A DNA stretch of 24,000 nucleotides from an uncultured Solirubrobacteraceae bacterium (GTDB taxonomy: Bacteria > Actinomycetota > Thermoleophilia > Solirubrobacterales > Solirubrobacteraceae). Positions 1-7,245 of the stretch are shown in pieces. The notes under the pieces are model-generated. The model did not search any database. It worked only from the letters and a program-made list of their open reading frames with translations, and was not told the origin of the DNA. Within the stretch, counting starts at the first letter, position 1; each line of letters opens with the position of its first letter. Where the stretch lies: NCBI GenBank assembly GCA_963851425.1, contig CAWKPC010000001.1, positions 1,896,023 through 1,920,022 on the forward strand, written 5' to 3'. The position numbers were made by a program, and so were the translations under genes.

Positions 1-345
1 GCCGATGTTTCTCAGTAGATCTCGCGACTCCTTCGGCAGATAGTTGCCGATCGGCAAGGGCGGGTTAGGGTTGGCGAGTTCGTCCTCCGTCAGCTCACTA
101 CGCAGCTGCTCGTTCGCTCGATCAACAGCCGCGTCGAGATCGTCTAGATCGATTCGTGCCCAGATGCTGCTAGGGATGGGTTCCGCGCTGTCTGGAGCAA
201 TGAGATAGGGGCCACCGCCACGTCTTCGTAGCCTCTCCTCGTGTGGTGGTCGCGGTACGTCATAGAGTCGGCTTTGCAGCCTCGCGATCTCTTGCTGGTG
301 ACGTGCCTGATCGGCGTCCGATTGTTTGCGGTTACGTTCTGCCAT
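1..345 (-). CDS. hypothetical protein, truncated by left window edge (N-terminal 115 aa visible: MAERNRKQSDADQARHQQEIARLQSRLYDVPRPP...)
   Basis: My own minus-strand translation: ATG at 345-343, open to position 1. Absent from the ORF track because no stop lies in the window. It sits 33 nt downstream of the 379..1986 gene on the same strand, so it is probably co-transcribed. No motif recognised. Confidence 0.5.
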   Translation of the reverse strand, partial: MAERNRKQSDADQARHQQEIARLQSRLYDVPRPPHEERLRRRGGGPYLIAPDSAEPIPSSIWARIDLDDLDAAVDRANEQLRSELTEDELANPNPPLPIGNYLPKESRDLLRNIG

Positions 346-378
346 CGATATCAGCCTACCATAGTTTGATACATGTGA

Positions 379-1986
379 CTAGCTCGTGAACCAGGGACGT
401 AGGGCATTCCACATATTTGTCGGGAAATGCTTAGAAAAGACGCTTTCATGGTGTATCTGGAAGACGTAGATGATGCGGCCATATGCAACGACAACAGCGA
501 TCCAAAGCACAGAAAAGAGCAAAGCCGTCCACATTTGGCGGTGGCGACATTGTGCCGGCGTGAGCTTTCTGGTTTTGCGAGGTTTTCTACTACGTATGCT
601 CTTGCGCCATCTGGGTCCGAGTAGGACATACCCAAAGATACCGAACACGAACAAAGCATAGACGGACAGGGCATATGAAAGATTTTCGAGGAAGTGATGA
701 CTGTTTCCCGTCTTGAGTCCGAGCACGATCGCTAGCACTGAGGCTAGGAGCGACAAAACGGTGAGTAGTAGACGAGGACCACGACTAGCACGACGAATGA
801 ACGTCGGCCCGCGATAAGCAAGCACTCCGGCCAAGGTAGCGGGGACACCGGCAAGTGCGGTAGCGATGCCGGCTAGTAGCTCTCGCTCTCCTTGGCCGGG
901 AGGTACTCGCTGATAGATATAGACCGAAACAAACCACAGCAGGAAGGCCAGAGCCATAGCCGCGAAAATCGATGAAGAAGGAGAGATTTGAAAGTCCAAC
1001 TGGAGACTGTCGGGCTCGTCTGTAGCGTTCCTGGCGTCTGTACGTCTACAGACCACGGCGCGATCACTTTCGGTTGACTCCACGGGTGGGTGACCATCGA
1101 TATCACGTTCCCAGAAAAAGCGTAGAGGCTCGAGACCATCGGGCACTGAGTGCAACACCCAAAGCGAACGCGCCTGCCCAAAATTGGCAGTGGCGCGGGA
1201 CACTGGAATGCTGTCGAGGCCGAGCCATCCGAGGGCATAGCGAATAGCTGCTATTGGGATGCGCCAGAAAGGCTCAGAGAGAGGGCTGTAATGGAATCGC
1301 TCTGTGTAGGTCGTTGTAAGAATGTATGTCTTGCCAGGAGTACCACGGAATTCAGCGATGCGCGGCGTTGTCTCCGCTAGAAGCTTAAGCTCGTCCCAAA
1401 AGGCGTCAAGTCCGAGTAGCCGCTCGATGAATGCGTTGGCCTCGTCGGAGGTGCTGCTGAGACCCTTCGCTTGTAGAAGGATGAGTTTCAGCTGGTTGCG
1501 TGTAACATGAGCTTCTCGTCGTGACCGCTTGGCTATGTGTTCTACGTGATACTGAACAAGAGCCCATATCGCAGAAATCGAGCGAATGGCCTCCTCGTCG
1601 GAGTCTTGCTCCTCAAATAGTTTCTCCTGCCAGCTCGTTATAAAGAGCACTGCGACGGCTTTCGCCCGTTGATCGTGGTGCAAAATCGGAAGAATGACGC
1701 CGGTAGGATCGGTGGTGCGCATGTCCGGACGGCGCGCCTTTGAAAACTGTCCCAGGGAGATGAGCAGATCGCGCTCTAGAGCAGGTTCCTTTGGTCGGTG
1801 GAACGGCACGGTCAGCTGCTGCGATACCGTGACGGCGTAGTGCCTGTCGTCGAGTAGATCGAGCGATTCGACGCGGCGGGTCACGTAGTTCCACGGAGCG
1901 CGCTGGAAGACTGCCAGTCGTCCCAGCTCGACCTTGTTTAGTTCTCGCGGACGAACAGCGGCGTTGTCAACGATGTCGGTAGACAT
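379..1986 (-). CDS. hypothetical multi-pass membrane protein (about 330-aa soluble N-domain plus about 5 C-terminal TM helices)
   Basis: ORF track 535 aa with ATG at 1986 and G/C-rich third positions. Hydrophobic helices include SSIFAAMALAFLLWFVSVYIY, LLLTVLSLLASVLAIVLGL, LSYALSVYALFVFGIFGYVLLG and MWTALLFSVLWIAVVVAYGRIIYVF. No catalytic motif recognised and no obvious SD. Confidence 0.75.
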   Translation of the reverse strand: MSTDIVDNAAVRPRELNKVELGRLAVFQRAPWNYVTRRVESLDLLDDRHYAVTVSQQLTVPFHRPKEPALERDLLISLGQFSKARRPDMRTTDPTGVILPILHHDQRAKAVAVLFITSWQEKLFEEQDSDEEAIRSISAIWALVQYHVEHIAKRSRREAHVTRNQLKLILLQAKGLSSTSDEANAFIERLLGLDAFWDELKLLAETTPRIAEFRGTPGKTYILTTTYTERFHYSPLSEPFWRIPIAAIRYALGWLGLDSIPVSRATANFGQARSLWVLHSVPDGLEPLRFFWERDIDGHPPVESTESDRAVVCRRTDARNATDEPDSLQLDFQISPSSSIFAAMALAFLLWFVSVYIYQRVPPGQGERELLAGIATALAGVPATLAGVLAYRGPTFIRRASRGPRLLLTVLSLLASVLAIVLGLKTGNSHHFLENLSYALSVYALFVFGIFGYVLLGPRWRKSIRSRKPRKTRKLTPAQCRHRQMWTALLFSVLWIAVVVAYGRIIYVFQIHHESVFSKHFPTNMWNALRPWFTS

Positions 1987-2063
1987 TCAGCAGGAGTGCG
2001 AGGAAAGGACGGATTGCAGCAGCGGGAACTTCTATCAGAGCGGGCCACGGAATGTCCGGTTGT

Positions 2064-2085
2064 GTCGCACAAGTGCCATTGCGCG
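2064..2085. repeat. dispersed intergenic motif, copy A: GTCGCACAAGTGCCATTGCGCG
   Basis: 21/22 identical to copy B (20904..20925). Shares the exact 9-mer GTCGCACAA with copies at 15505, 17194 and 18538. Lies 117 nt downstream of the XRE gene stop (2202) and 78 nt upstream of the 535-aa gene start (1986). Confidence 0.7.
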
Positions 2086-2201
2086 CACCAGAGCCCGGCA
2101 TGTTCGCTCCCCCTCAGTGCCTGAGTCGGGGCCTCCCCGAGAGGGGAGCGTGACCGTTGATCGATCCGCACACTTGGCCCGACTCGACGTATGCAGCGGA
2201 A

Positions 2202-2576
2202 CTACCGCTCTTTGATCGCCTTGGCCAGCGCCGCCACGGCCGCGTCCAGGCGGTCGAAACCGGCGCGCATATCACGGCGCAGGCGGTGTAGCTCGCTGAG
2301 CACCTGCTGCTCGAAGGATGTACCGCCGACATCTCGGCCAGCGAGCTTGAACAGCTCGCCCACGTCTATGTCGAGGATGATGGCCAGCTTGGCGATGACC
2401 TCATCGGCTGGTGGGCCATGCTCGCCATTCTCCAGGCGAGACAGGTTGCCAGGACTCATGGGGATGCGCTCGGCCACTTGACGCTGGGTCAGCTTCTTGG
2501 CTCGGCGCAGGGAGCGGACGCGGGCTCCGAAAGCATGGGCACGCTCGGCTTGGGATTCAGGGCGACGAATGGGCAT
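2202..2576 (-). CDS. XRE-family helix-turn-helix transcriptional regulator (124 aa)
   Basis: Classic XRE HTH: FGARVRSLRRAKKLTQRQVAERIPMSPGNLSRLENGEHGPP. The ORF track extends to 2831, but the upstream 85 codons are Cys/Arg/Ser-rich and not protein-like. ATG 2576 (MPIRRPESQ) has GAGGGG immediately upstream, with short spacing. Confidence 0.8.
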   Translation of the reverse strand: MPIRRPESQAERAHAFGARVRSLRRAKKLTQRQVAERIPMSPGNLSRLENGEHGPPADEVIAKLAIILDIDVGELFKLAGRDVGGTSFEQQVLSELHRLRRDMRAGFDRLDAAVAALAKAIKER

Positions 2577-2672
2577 ACCCCTCGGTCTACACCCGCTGCA
2601 TGGCTGATCCCTTGATACAGTTGCGCATTGTGCGCCATGCTCGCTAATGTACACGCTGCCGTATCCCCACAC

Positions 2673-2716
2673 GCTTGAGGGCGGTGCAGTCCCCACAGAT
2701 GGCATCGCCCTCAAGC
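2673..2716. promoter_or_regulatory. 11-bp perfect inverted repeat GCTTGAGGGCG-N22-CGCCCTCAAGC in the divergent XRE / secreted-protein intergenic region
   Basis: Read directly: arms at 2673-2683 and 2706-2716, 30 nt upstream of ATG 2746. Could be an operator or a 5'-UTR hairpin. Function is inferred only. Confidence 0.4.
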
Positions 2717-2745
2717 ACTCGAAGCGATAAGGAGACCTCCTGCTG

Positions 2746-3645
2746 ATGTTGTCGTCCCGACCACACCACTGCTTCGCCCGACTCTGCCCCCTTATCGCGC
2801 TGGTGGCGCTGCTGGTGGTAGGCGTCGCCATCGGGTCGCGGCCAGCCCGAGCACTCGGTCCGACGGTCTATCTGAACCAGCCGAGGCTGGAACATCCGGT
2901 GCAGCCGAGCTCCTTGCAGATCGCCGAATACACCTCGCCGTCTATTGGCGGAAGTTCGTCGGTGTCGGGCGTAAGCTGGTCGAGCTGGGGCGAACCGACC
3001 GCAACGGGCACTGGTGAGGCGATTGTCGAGTGGGGTACGGCGGCAACCGGCTTCCATCAAGAACGAGCGATCATTCCAGTCCAGGTGAGCGCCACCGGAC
3101 GCCAGCTATGTGACGGCATTCTGATTTACACGGCGGTCGACCTCAAGCCTGCGCCAGGCATTATGACACCCCCGCACTTCGCCCTTTTCCAGCATGACAA
3201 CATCGTGCTGCCGTGCAAAGTTCACGGTGGTAACTATGTGGCAGGAAAGGACGAGCGGACTGATCCGGGTGGCTGCTTCTTCTCAGGTTTGTCGAAGCGG
3301 TTGCTGTTTCGCTCCCTGCCGACACATCGGTTCGGGGTTGGCTACTGCGCGATGCGCTGGACGAGCTGGGGCAGCGATAGGGCCGTCGGTGTTGGTGTCG
3401 GCCGGAAAATGGAACAGCAATATGGCCTCAGAGTGATCCTGAGCCGACCCAAGTGGTGTCCAGCTTGGACGGTCTCCTACACCCAGGAGACTGCTGAACT
3501 GTGGGGCACCGGCGAACCACTCACAGGCAACGGGAATGTCTCTCGCAGTGCCGCAACGCGACTGAAGTCCCTGATTGGTCGGCGCGGGCAGCCGCATTGG
3601 ACGGCGCATGATTCGGTGTCTACGGCTGCACACTGTCTCGGGTGA
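2746..3645 (+). CDS. hypothetical secreted or membrane-anchored protein (299 aa)
   Basis: ORF track. AAGGAG SD at 2729-2734. N-terminal signal/anchor CFARLCPLIALVALLVVGVAIGSRPARA. G/C-rich third positions. No family recognised. Confidence 0.7.
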   Translation: MLSSRPHHCFARLCPLIALVALLVVGVAIGSRPARALGPTVYLNQPRLEHPVQPSSLQIAEYTSPSIGGSSSVSGVSWSSWGEPTATGTGEAIVEWGTAATGFHQERAIIPVQVSATGRQLCDGILIYTAVDLKPAPGIMTPPHFALFQHDNIVLPCKVHGGNYVAGKDERTDPGGCFFSGLSKRLLFRSLPTHRFGVGYCAMRWTSWGSDRAVGVGVGRKMEQQYGLRVILSRPKWCPAWTVSYTQETAELWGTGEPLTGNGNVSRSAATRLKSLIGRRGQPHWTAHDSVSTAAHCLG

Positions 3646-3747
3646 GGCTGGCAGTGTTTGCATCGACTTCCTGGACCGTTTGCGCCAGATGGAAAGGACC
3701 GACAGGGGATTTGTGCCACACGAATAAAGAGTGGTATGGGCCTAGCG

Positions 3748-4059
3748 TTACTGTTGCTCGTCTTCGAGCGCTTGTTCTTGCGCTAGAAGCTGCGCTCGCC
3801 GTTCATGCCAATCATCAGGCAGTTCCATGACGATGAATAAGAAATCTGAAGGCTCGCGTAAAGGCGGGTCGCCCTCGGACAGGCCCTCATGTGGTTCGCA
3901 TCGCATGGTGTAGCCGGCTATCACTTTGCCGCCCCAGGCGTGGGCCGCCTCATATTTGGCCTGGATTACGGTCTCGACAAACCCCACAGTCATCGGCATG
4001 TTGGCTCCGTCGTGAGGATGGTCGGTGGTAGCCTGAATTGCGTGTACTTCATACTGCAT
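3748..4059 (-). CDS. hypothetical protein (103 aa)
   Basis: ORF track. ATG 4059 is preceded by GGGAGAAGGA and an AT-rich promoter-like island. Acidic C-terminus. No family recognised. Confidence 0.65.
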   Translation of the reverse strand: MQYEVHAIQATTDHPHDGANMPMTVGFVETVIQAKYEAAHAWGGKVIAGYTMRCEPHEGLSEGDPPLREPSDFLFIVMELPDDWHERRAQLLAQEQALEDEQQ

Positions 4060-4082
4060 AGAAAACGTCCTTCTCCCACCAA

Positions 4083-4122
4083 ATTATACTCATATTATAT
4101 ACTAGTAGGTAAATAGACGCAA
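4083..4122 (-). promoter_or_regulatory. sigma70-like promoter candidates for the 103-aa gene
   Basis: The minus strand reads TTGCGT (4122-4117), a 17-nt spacer, then TATAAT (4099-4094). A second perfect TATAAT sits at 4088-4083. This is an AT-rich island within GC-rich DNA. Confidence 0.4.
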
Positions 4123-4133
4123 GATTACCTACT
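4104..4133 (-). terminator. hairpin AGTAGGTAA-N12-TTACCTACT overlapping the stop codon of the upstream gene
   Basis: 9-bp perfect stem (4104-4112 / 4125-4133), followed on the minus strand by AT-rich sequence with no clean U-tract. Possible terminator of the 4129..5433 gene. Confidence 0.35.
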
Positions 4134-5433
4134 GGTAAAACGCAAACACCATCGCCCACCGATTAGCCCAGCAGCTCCCGAGTAGTCCCTTGGAGCTGAG
4201 TGCCATGCCGCCAGCGTCGAAAAAATCCTGGTTCGGGAGCGGTGCCTCTTTTGCGAACTCGCTAGGCGTTATGGAGTATTGCCAACTGTCGCCCGAATCG
4301 AACGACAGCGGCGATGGCCTCGAGGTGATTACTGCCGCAGCATCGGTAATCCATTTTGGGTAGGAGTTATTGGCAGCTATCCAACCGCGTATTACATGCA
4401 GGTGGTTATTCGGGGAGTTCCATACCGTGAGCCGGATTCGTGCGTTGGTAGCAATCGTCGGGCCAACGAGGTCGGCACAGTTGGACTCCTGTGGTGCATC
4501 GTTGGCAACGTAAAGCCACACAAATATGAGATCGCCTGATTGTGCGATCGCAGCCGGTTTTGTCCAGTGAGGCCGGTGCGCATACCACCGCGAGCCTGTC
4601 TCGACCCGCAGAAACCTGCGCTCGTCGCCTACATGCTCCGGGGAGTCGATGAAGGAGTCCAAGATCGGATAGTCCGGCACGGGCGTGCTGTTGACATATT
4701 GGTAGGTACGTCGACCGCCCACTTCATCGCCGAAGCCGAGCACAGGGCTTGTTTCCCCAGGCAGCGGAGTTTGGTGCGGGCTGAGCGGTCGTTCGGCTTC
4801 GGCTGTCAGGCGGGCCAACTCAACATGGGTCGTCGCTCCGGCTTCATCCCACGGCTGGGTGGTCAGCAGCGTTACGGTGATCGCTAGGAGCAACATGAGA
4901 CCGGCGAGCGCCGACTTACGCCTCAATGGTTGCCAGGAGGTGCGCTCCAGTCCCGTCGCCAGACCAGCGGACACCGGCTCGTCTGACGTCTGCTCGGGCT
5001 CGTCGTAGCCCCCTGGCGGCAGAGAGTTGGGAGGAAGGCGCTTGAGTAGATCGTCGGCAATCAAAATGCACATGCGACGCTCGACGTCTTCTTTGAGCGC
5101 GGATTCCGCGACTTTCAACGTGATCGCTGCCTTGGTACGTCGATCGGTGACCGTCCGCATGTCGGCCGTGTCTGGATCGAGGCCAAAGACCTGCGCCGTG
5201 GCCGTGGCGAACGATCCTGGCGCCAGGCGGCCAATCGAGACAGTGACCGCATCCGCGACTTGGCGAAGTGACGTCAGCGTGGGATCGTCCGACAACCGGG
5301 CCGCGACCGCATTCAGTGCCTCGATCGTGGCTTTGCCCCGTAGCGGATACCCCACCCGGACCGTCAGAACCTTCGCCAGGTCATCGGCAAGTTCCGCCTC
5401 CTTCGGAGGCCACGGACGGTGAGCGGACGCCAT
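4129..5433 (-). CDS. hypothetical single-pass membrane protein (cytoplasmic helical N-domain, one TM, about 240-aa extracytoplasmic C-domain)
   Basis: The ORF track gives 4129..5628, starting at a TTG. The first 65 codons are Cys/Trp/Arg-rich, so I prefer ATG 5433 (MASAHRPWPP). TTG 5628 has AAGGGG 3 nt upstream and remains possible. The TM helix ALAGLMLLLAITVTLLTT lies about 175 aa after ATG 5433. This topology resembles anti-sigma/sensor proteins, but no motif was recognised. Confidence 0.7.
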   Translation of the reverse strand: MASAHRPWPPKEAELADDLAKVLTVRVGYPLRGKATIEALNAVAARLSDDPTLTSLRQVADAVTVSIGRLAPGSFATATAQVFGLDPDTADMRTVTDRRTKAAITLKVAESALKEDVERRMCILIADDLLKRLPPNSLPPGGYDEPEQTSDEPVSAGLATGLERTSWQPLRRKSALAGLMLLLAITVTLLTTQPWDEAGATTHVELARLTAEAERPLSPHQTPLPGETSPVLGFGDEVGGRRTYQYVNSTPVPDYPILDSFIDSPEHVGDERRFLRVETGSRWYAHRPHWTKPAAIAQSGDLIFVWLYVANDAPQESNCADLVGPTIATNARIRLTVWNSPNNHLHVIRGWIAANNSYPKWITDAAAVITSRPSPLSFDSGDSWQYSITPSEFAKEAPLPNQDFFDAGGMALSSKGLLGSCWANRWAMVFAFYQ

Positions 5434-5595
5434 GTCCCGAATGATCGCAAACAGAAGCGGCCGGATGGCAGGCAGATAGGCCGCTTTCGCAAGTTTTCCG
5501 ACGTTCTCCCCCAATTCCCTGTCGTTTGCCTCTCGATACTCGCTGCCTACGGAGCCAGAGTGTCGCCACAACCAAACGACAGAAAGGCGGCAGCG

Positions 5596-5775
5596 ATGGA
5601 TTCGTACAAAAATGCAGGACCGAGGCAAGGGCCCCTTGGGATACTCGCCGAGCCCGACGTTTGGTGGGGCGAGTCAGGCATCGACGCCTTGCTTTGGGCC
5701 GATCCTGCGCCCTACGGACCTCCAGCTACAGAAGTGCCGGTCCGATCAGCACTGGCACGGGCAGGTGATGCCTAA
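5596..5775 (+). CDS. possible small ORF (59 aa, MDSYKNAGPRQGPLGILAEP...), first gene of the + strand block
   Basis: ATG 5596 has GAAAGGCGG 5 nt upstream, and its TAA stop overlaps the next ATG (TAATG at 5773-5777). Third-position bias is only moderate. It is incompatible with the long (5628) version of the divergent gene. Confidence 0.3.
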   Translation: MDSYKNAGPRQGPLGILAEPDVWWGESGIDALLWADPAPYGPPATEVPVRSALARAGDA

Positions 5776-6110
5776 TGACCCTACCTCTCAGCCCCACCCA
5801 TCCCTGCGAGGGCTGCTTCCTTCAGGAGCAACGAAGCGGCCGGGTCTGCCCGTCGGCTCGGGATGCCTACGCCTTGGCGGACCTTGAGGCCCAGCGCCAC
5901 GGCGAGGCCCTGCACGCCGCCATCCTCGCTGACGCGGGGCGTGTCCCCGGATTCGCCGAGCTGGTACGCCGCGACGCCATGAGCCGCACCGGAGCCTTGC
6001 CAGCGTCGATCAGTCTCGGCCTGCTGGCAGCTCCCTCGCCTCATCCTCTGTTCACCGACTCTGCCAAGGAGGTCATCCGTGTCGCTCTTCCATCCCGCAC
6101 CCCGCGATAG
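5775..6110 (+). CDS. hypothetical protein (111 aa)
   Basis: ORF track. Very strong G/C third-position bias when read codon by codon. Contains CEGC...C near the N-terminus. Overlaps the next gene by 32 nt. Confidence 0.55.
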   Translation: MTLPLSPTHPCEGCFLQEQRSGRVCPSARDAYALADLEAQRHGEALHAAILADAGRVPGFAELVRRDAMSRTGALPASISLGLLAAPSPHPLFTDSAKEVIRVALPSRTPR

Positions 6111-6408
6111 CCAAGCAGGCGGCCTGACCCGTCGTCAGCTCGAACAGGCTCGGCGAGTCGAAGCCGAGACGGCTCTCGAACTACATCGCTACAAGCATGG
6201 CTCTCACTTCAAGGCGCAGATCGACATCTACGACAGCGAAGCCGTGGCGGACGCCAACCAGGCCGCCGCTTGCACCGAAATGGACTTGCTGGACTGGTGC
6301 CTGAGCCGGGCGGGTTCGTCTGCCGTAAAGATTGAGATCACGGCGCGAGCAGCACAGCGCGTGGCGCTCATCAATGATCGTCGCATCATGCGGAAATTTG
6401 GAGGCTAA
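6079..6408 (+). CDS. hypothetical protein (109 aa)
   Basis: GTG 6079 lies 6 nt after AAGGAGG (6066-6072). Good codon bias. Confidence 0.65.
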   Translation: MSLFHPAPRDSQAGGLTRRQLEQARRVEAETALELHRYKHGSHFKAQIDIYDSEAVADANQAAACTEMDLLDWCLSRAGSSAVKIEITARAAQRVALINDRRIMRKFGG

Positions 6409-6410
6409 CC

Positions 6411-6605
6411 GTGCTGCTGCCTGATGCGAATGACAATCAGTTGGCGGGCGATACTGAGCAGGTGTTGGTGAAGCTGTACCGGCTCCGGTGCCAGATACGT
6501 GTCAGTGAGTTCAAGGAAGAACAACGACGTGATGCGGCCACCGTGCGAGGGGCGCTGGACGAGGTCTTTCGGGAGATAGACAGACAGGAAGGCGGTCAGC
6601 GATGA
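6411..6605 (+). CDS. hypothetical protein (64 aa)
   Basis: GTG 6411 lies 6 nt after GGAGG (6400-6404), 2 nt after the previous stop. Its stop overlaps the next start (ATGA at 6602-6605). Confidence 0.55.
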   Translation: MLLPDANDNQLAGDTEQVLVKLYRLRCQIRVSEFKEEQRRDAATVRGALDEVFREIDRQEGGQR

Positions 6606-6796
6606 CTGTACCTCCATCACGGTGGCGCGACGCGGCTCTGAATGTGGCGGGGACTGTCTTGGCGGTGGCGCTGATGCTGTATGTCGCCGCTCGCCTCATT
6701 ATGGCCGTCTTGCCGGTTCTCATTGGCATTGGCATTTTGGGTTTGGTGGGCTTTACTGGCTGGTCTATTTACCAATTTCGGAAGTCGCGGTGGTGA
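6602..6796 (+). CDS. small two-TM membrane protein (64 aa)
   Basis: ATGA overlap with the upstream ORF. Two hydrophobic helices: AALNVAGTVLAVALMLYVAARLI and VLPVLIGIGILGLVGFTGWSIY. Confidence 0.65.
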   Translation: MTVPPSRWRDAALNVAGTVLAVALMLYVAARLIMAVLPVLIGIGILGLVGFTGWSIYQFRKSRW

Positions 6797-6852
6797 ACAT
6801 ATTTCCTGCGACGAAGATAGTCGTATCGGTGTTGTGAAATATGACAAAGATA

Positions 6853-6881
6853 TTGACTATATTATGGTTTCATTTTTTAAT
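6853..6881 (+). promoter_or_regulatory. sigma70-like promoter candidate for the transfer operon
   Basis: TTGACT (6853-6858), a 17-nt spacer, then TTTAAT (6876-6881), inside a 230-bp AT-rich island (6797-7029) upstream of the 7030 gene. Confidence 0.4.
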
Positions 6882-7029
6882 AGTCATTCTCCCGATATTG
6901 CCATAAGCAGTATGCGGTTTTAGTTGAGGCACGGGTTTATCCGCTTGCAGACGGTCGTCCTGAGATAGGGACGTGGTGAGTCTGCGTGCCCAAGCTAAAC
7001 CGTTTGGCGGAGAGAAAGGAGGTACATCC

Positions 7030-7245
7030 ATGTCAAGAACGTACCACCATGGAGAACCAAAAATTAGGGTCAGAGGTGTACGCCGACCCACTGACTTGCG
7101 CCGCTTGGCGCGGACCTTGATTGAGCTGGAGTATCAACAGGCCCAGGCCGAAGCTGAGGCCGAGACCACACATAGCAAACAGCGAAAAACCAAACAGGGT
7201 AAGAGTCAGCGACGTAACGACGCGAACGGGGAGGCCGCATCGTGA
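7030..7245 (+). CDS. small basic protein (71 aa, MSRTYHHGEPKIRVRGVRRPTDLRRLARTLIELEYQQ...)
   Basis: The ORF track starts at 6973. I prefer ATG 7030, which follows GAAAGGAGG by 7 nt. Its stop overlaps the GTG of the next gene (GTGA at 7242-7245). Lys/Arg-rich, so possibly DNA-binding (inference). Confidence 0.6.
   Translation: MSRTYHHGEPKIRVRGVRRPTDLRRLARTLIELEYQQAQAEAEAETTHSKQRKTKQGKSQRRNDANGEAAS

Noticed and set aside
351-674. 107-aa minus-strand ORF and the small + strand ORFs (427..624, 470..661) at the 3' end of the 535-aa gene
   Set aside because: They overlap the well-supported 379..1986 CDS in other frames. Their compositions are not protein-like and they have no SD.
2064-2085. Sigma-54 promoter reading of the motif (minus strand contains TGGCAC)
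   Set aside because: The required GG-N10-GC spacing (TGGCAC-N5-TTGC) is not met. Here TGGCAC is followed directly by TTGTGCG, placing the GC three nt too close.
2577-2831. N-terminal 85-codon extension of the XRE ORF (track 2202..2831)
   Set aside because: The extension overlaps the divergent gene's start and promoter. It is Cys/Ser/Arg/Gly-rich. The HTH domain begins right after ATG 2576.
5434-5628. Long form of the 499-aa ORF starting at TTG 5628
   Set aside because: The first 30 codons (PRSCIFVRIHRCRLSVVWLWRH) look non-coding. It is kept as an alternative because AAGGGG lies 3 nt upstream and residues 40-65 look helical. Proteomics or homologue alignment would decide.
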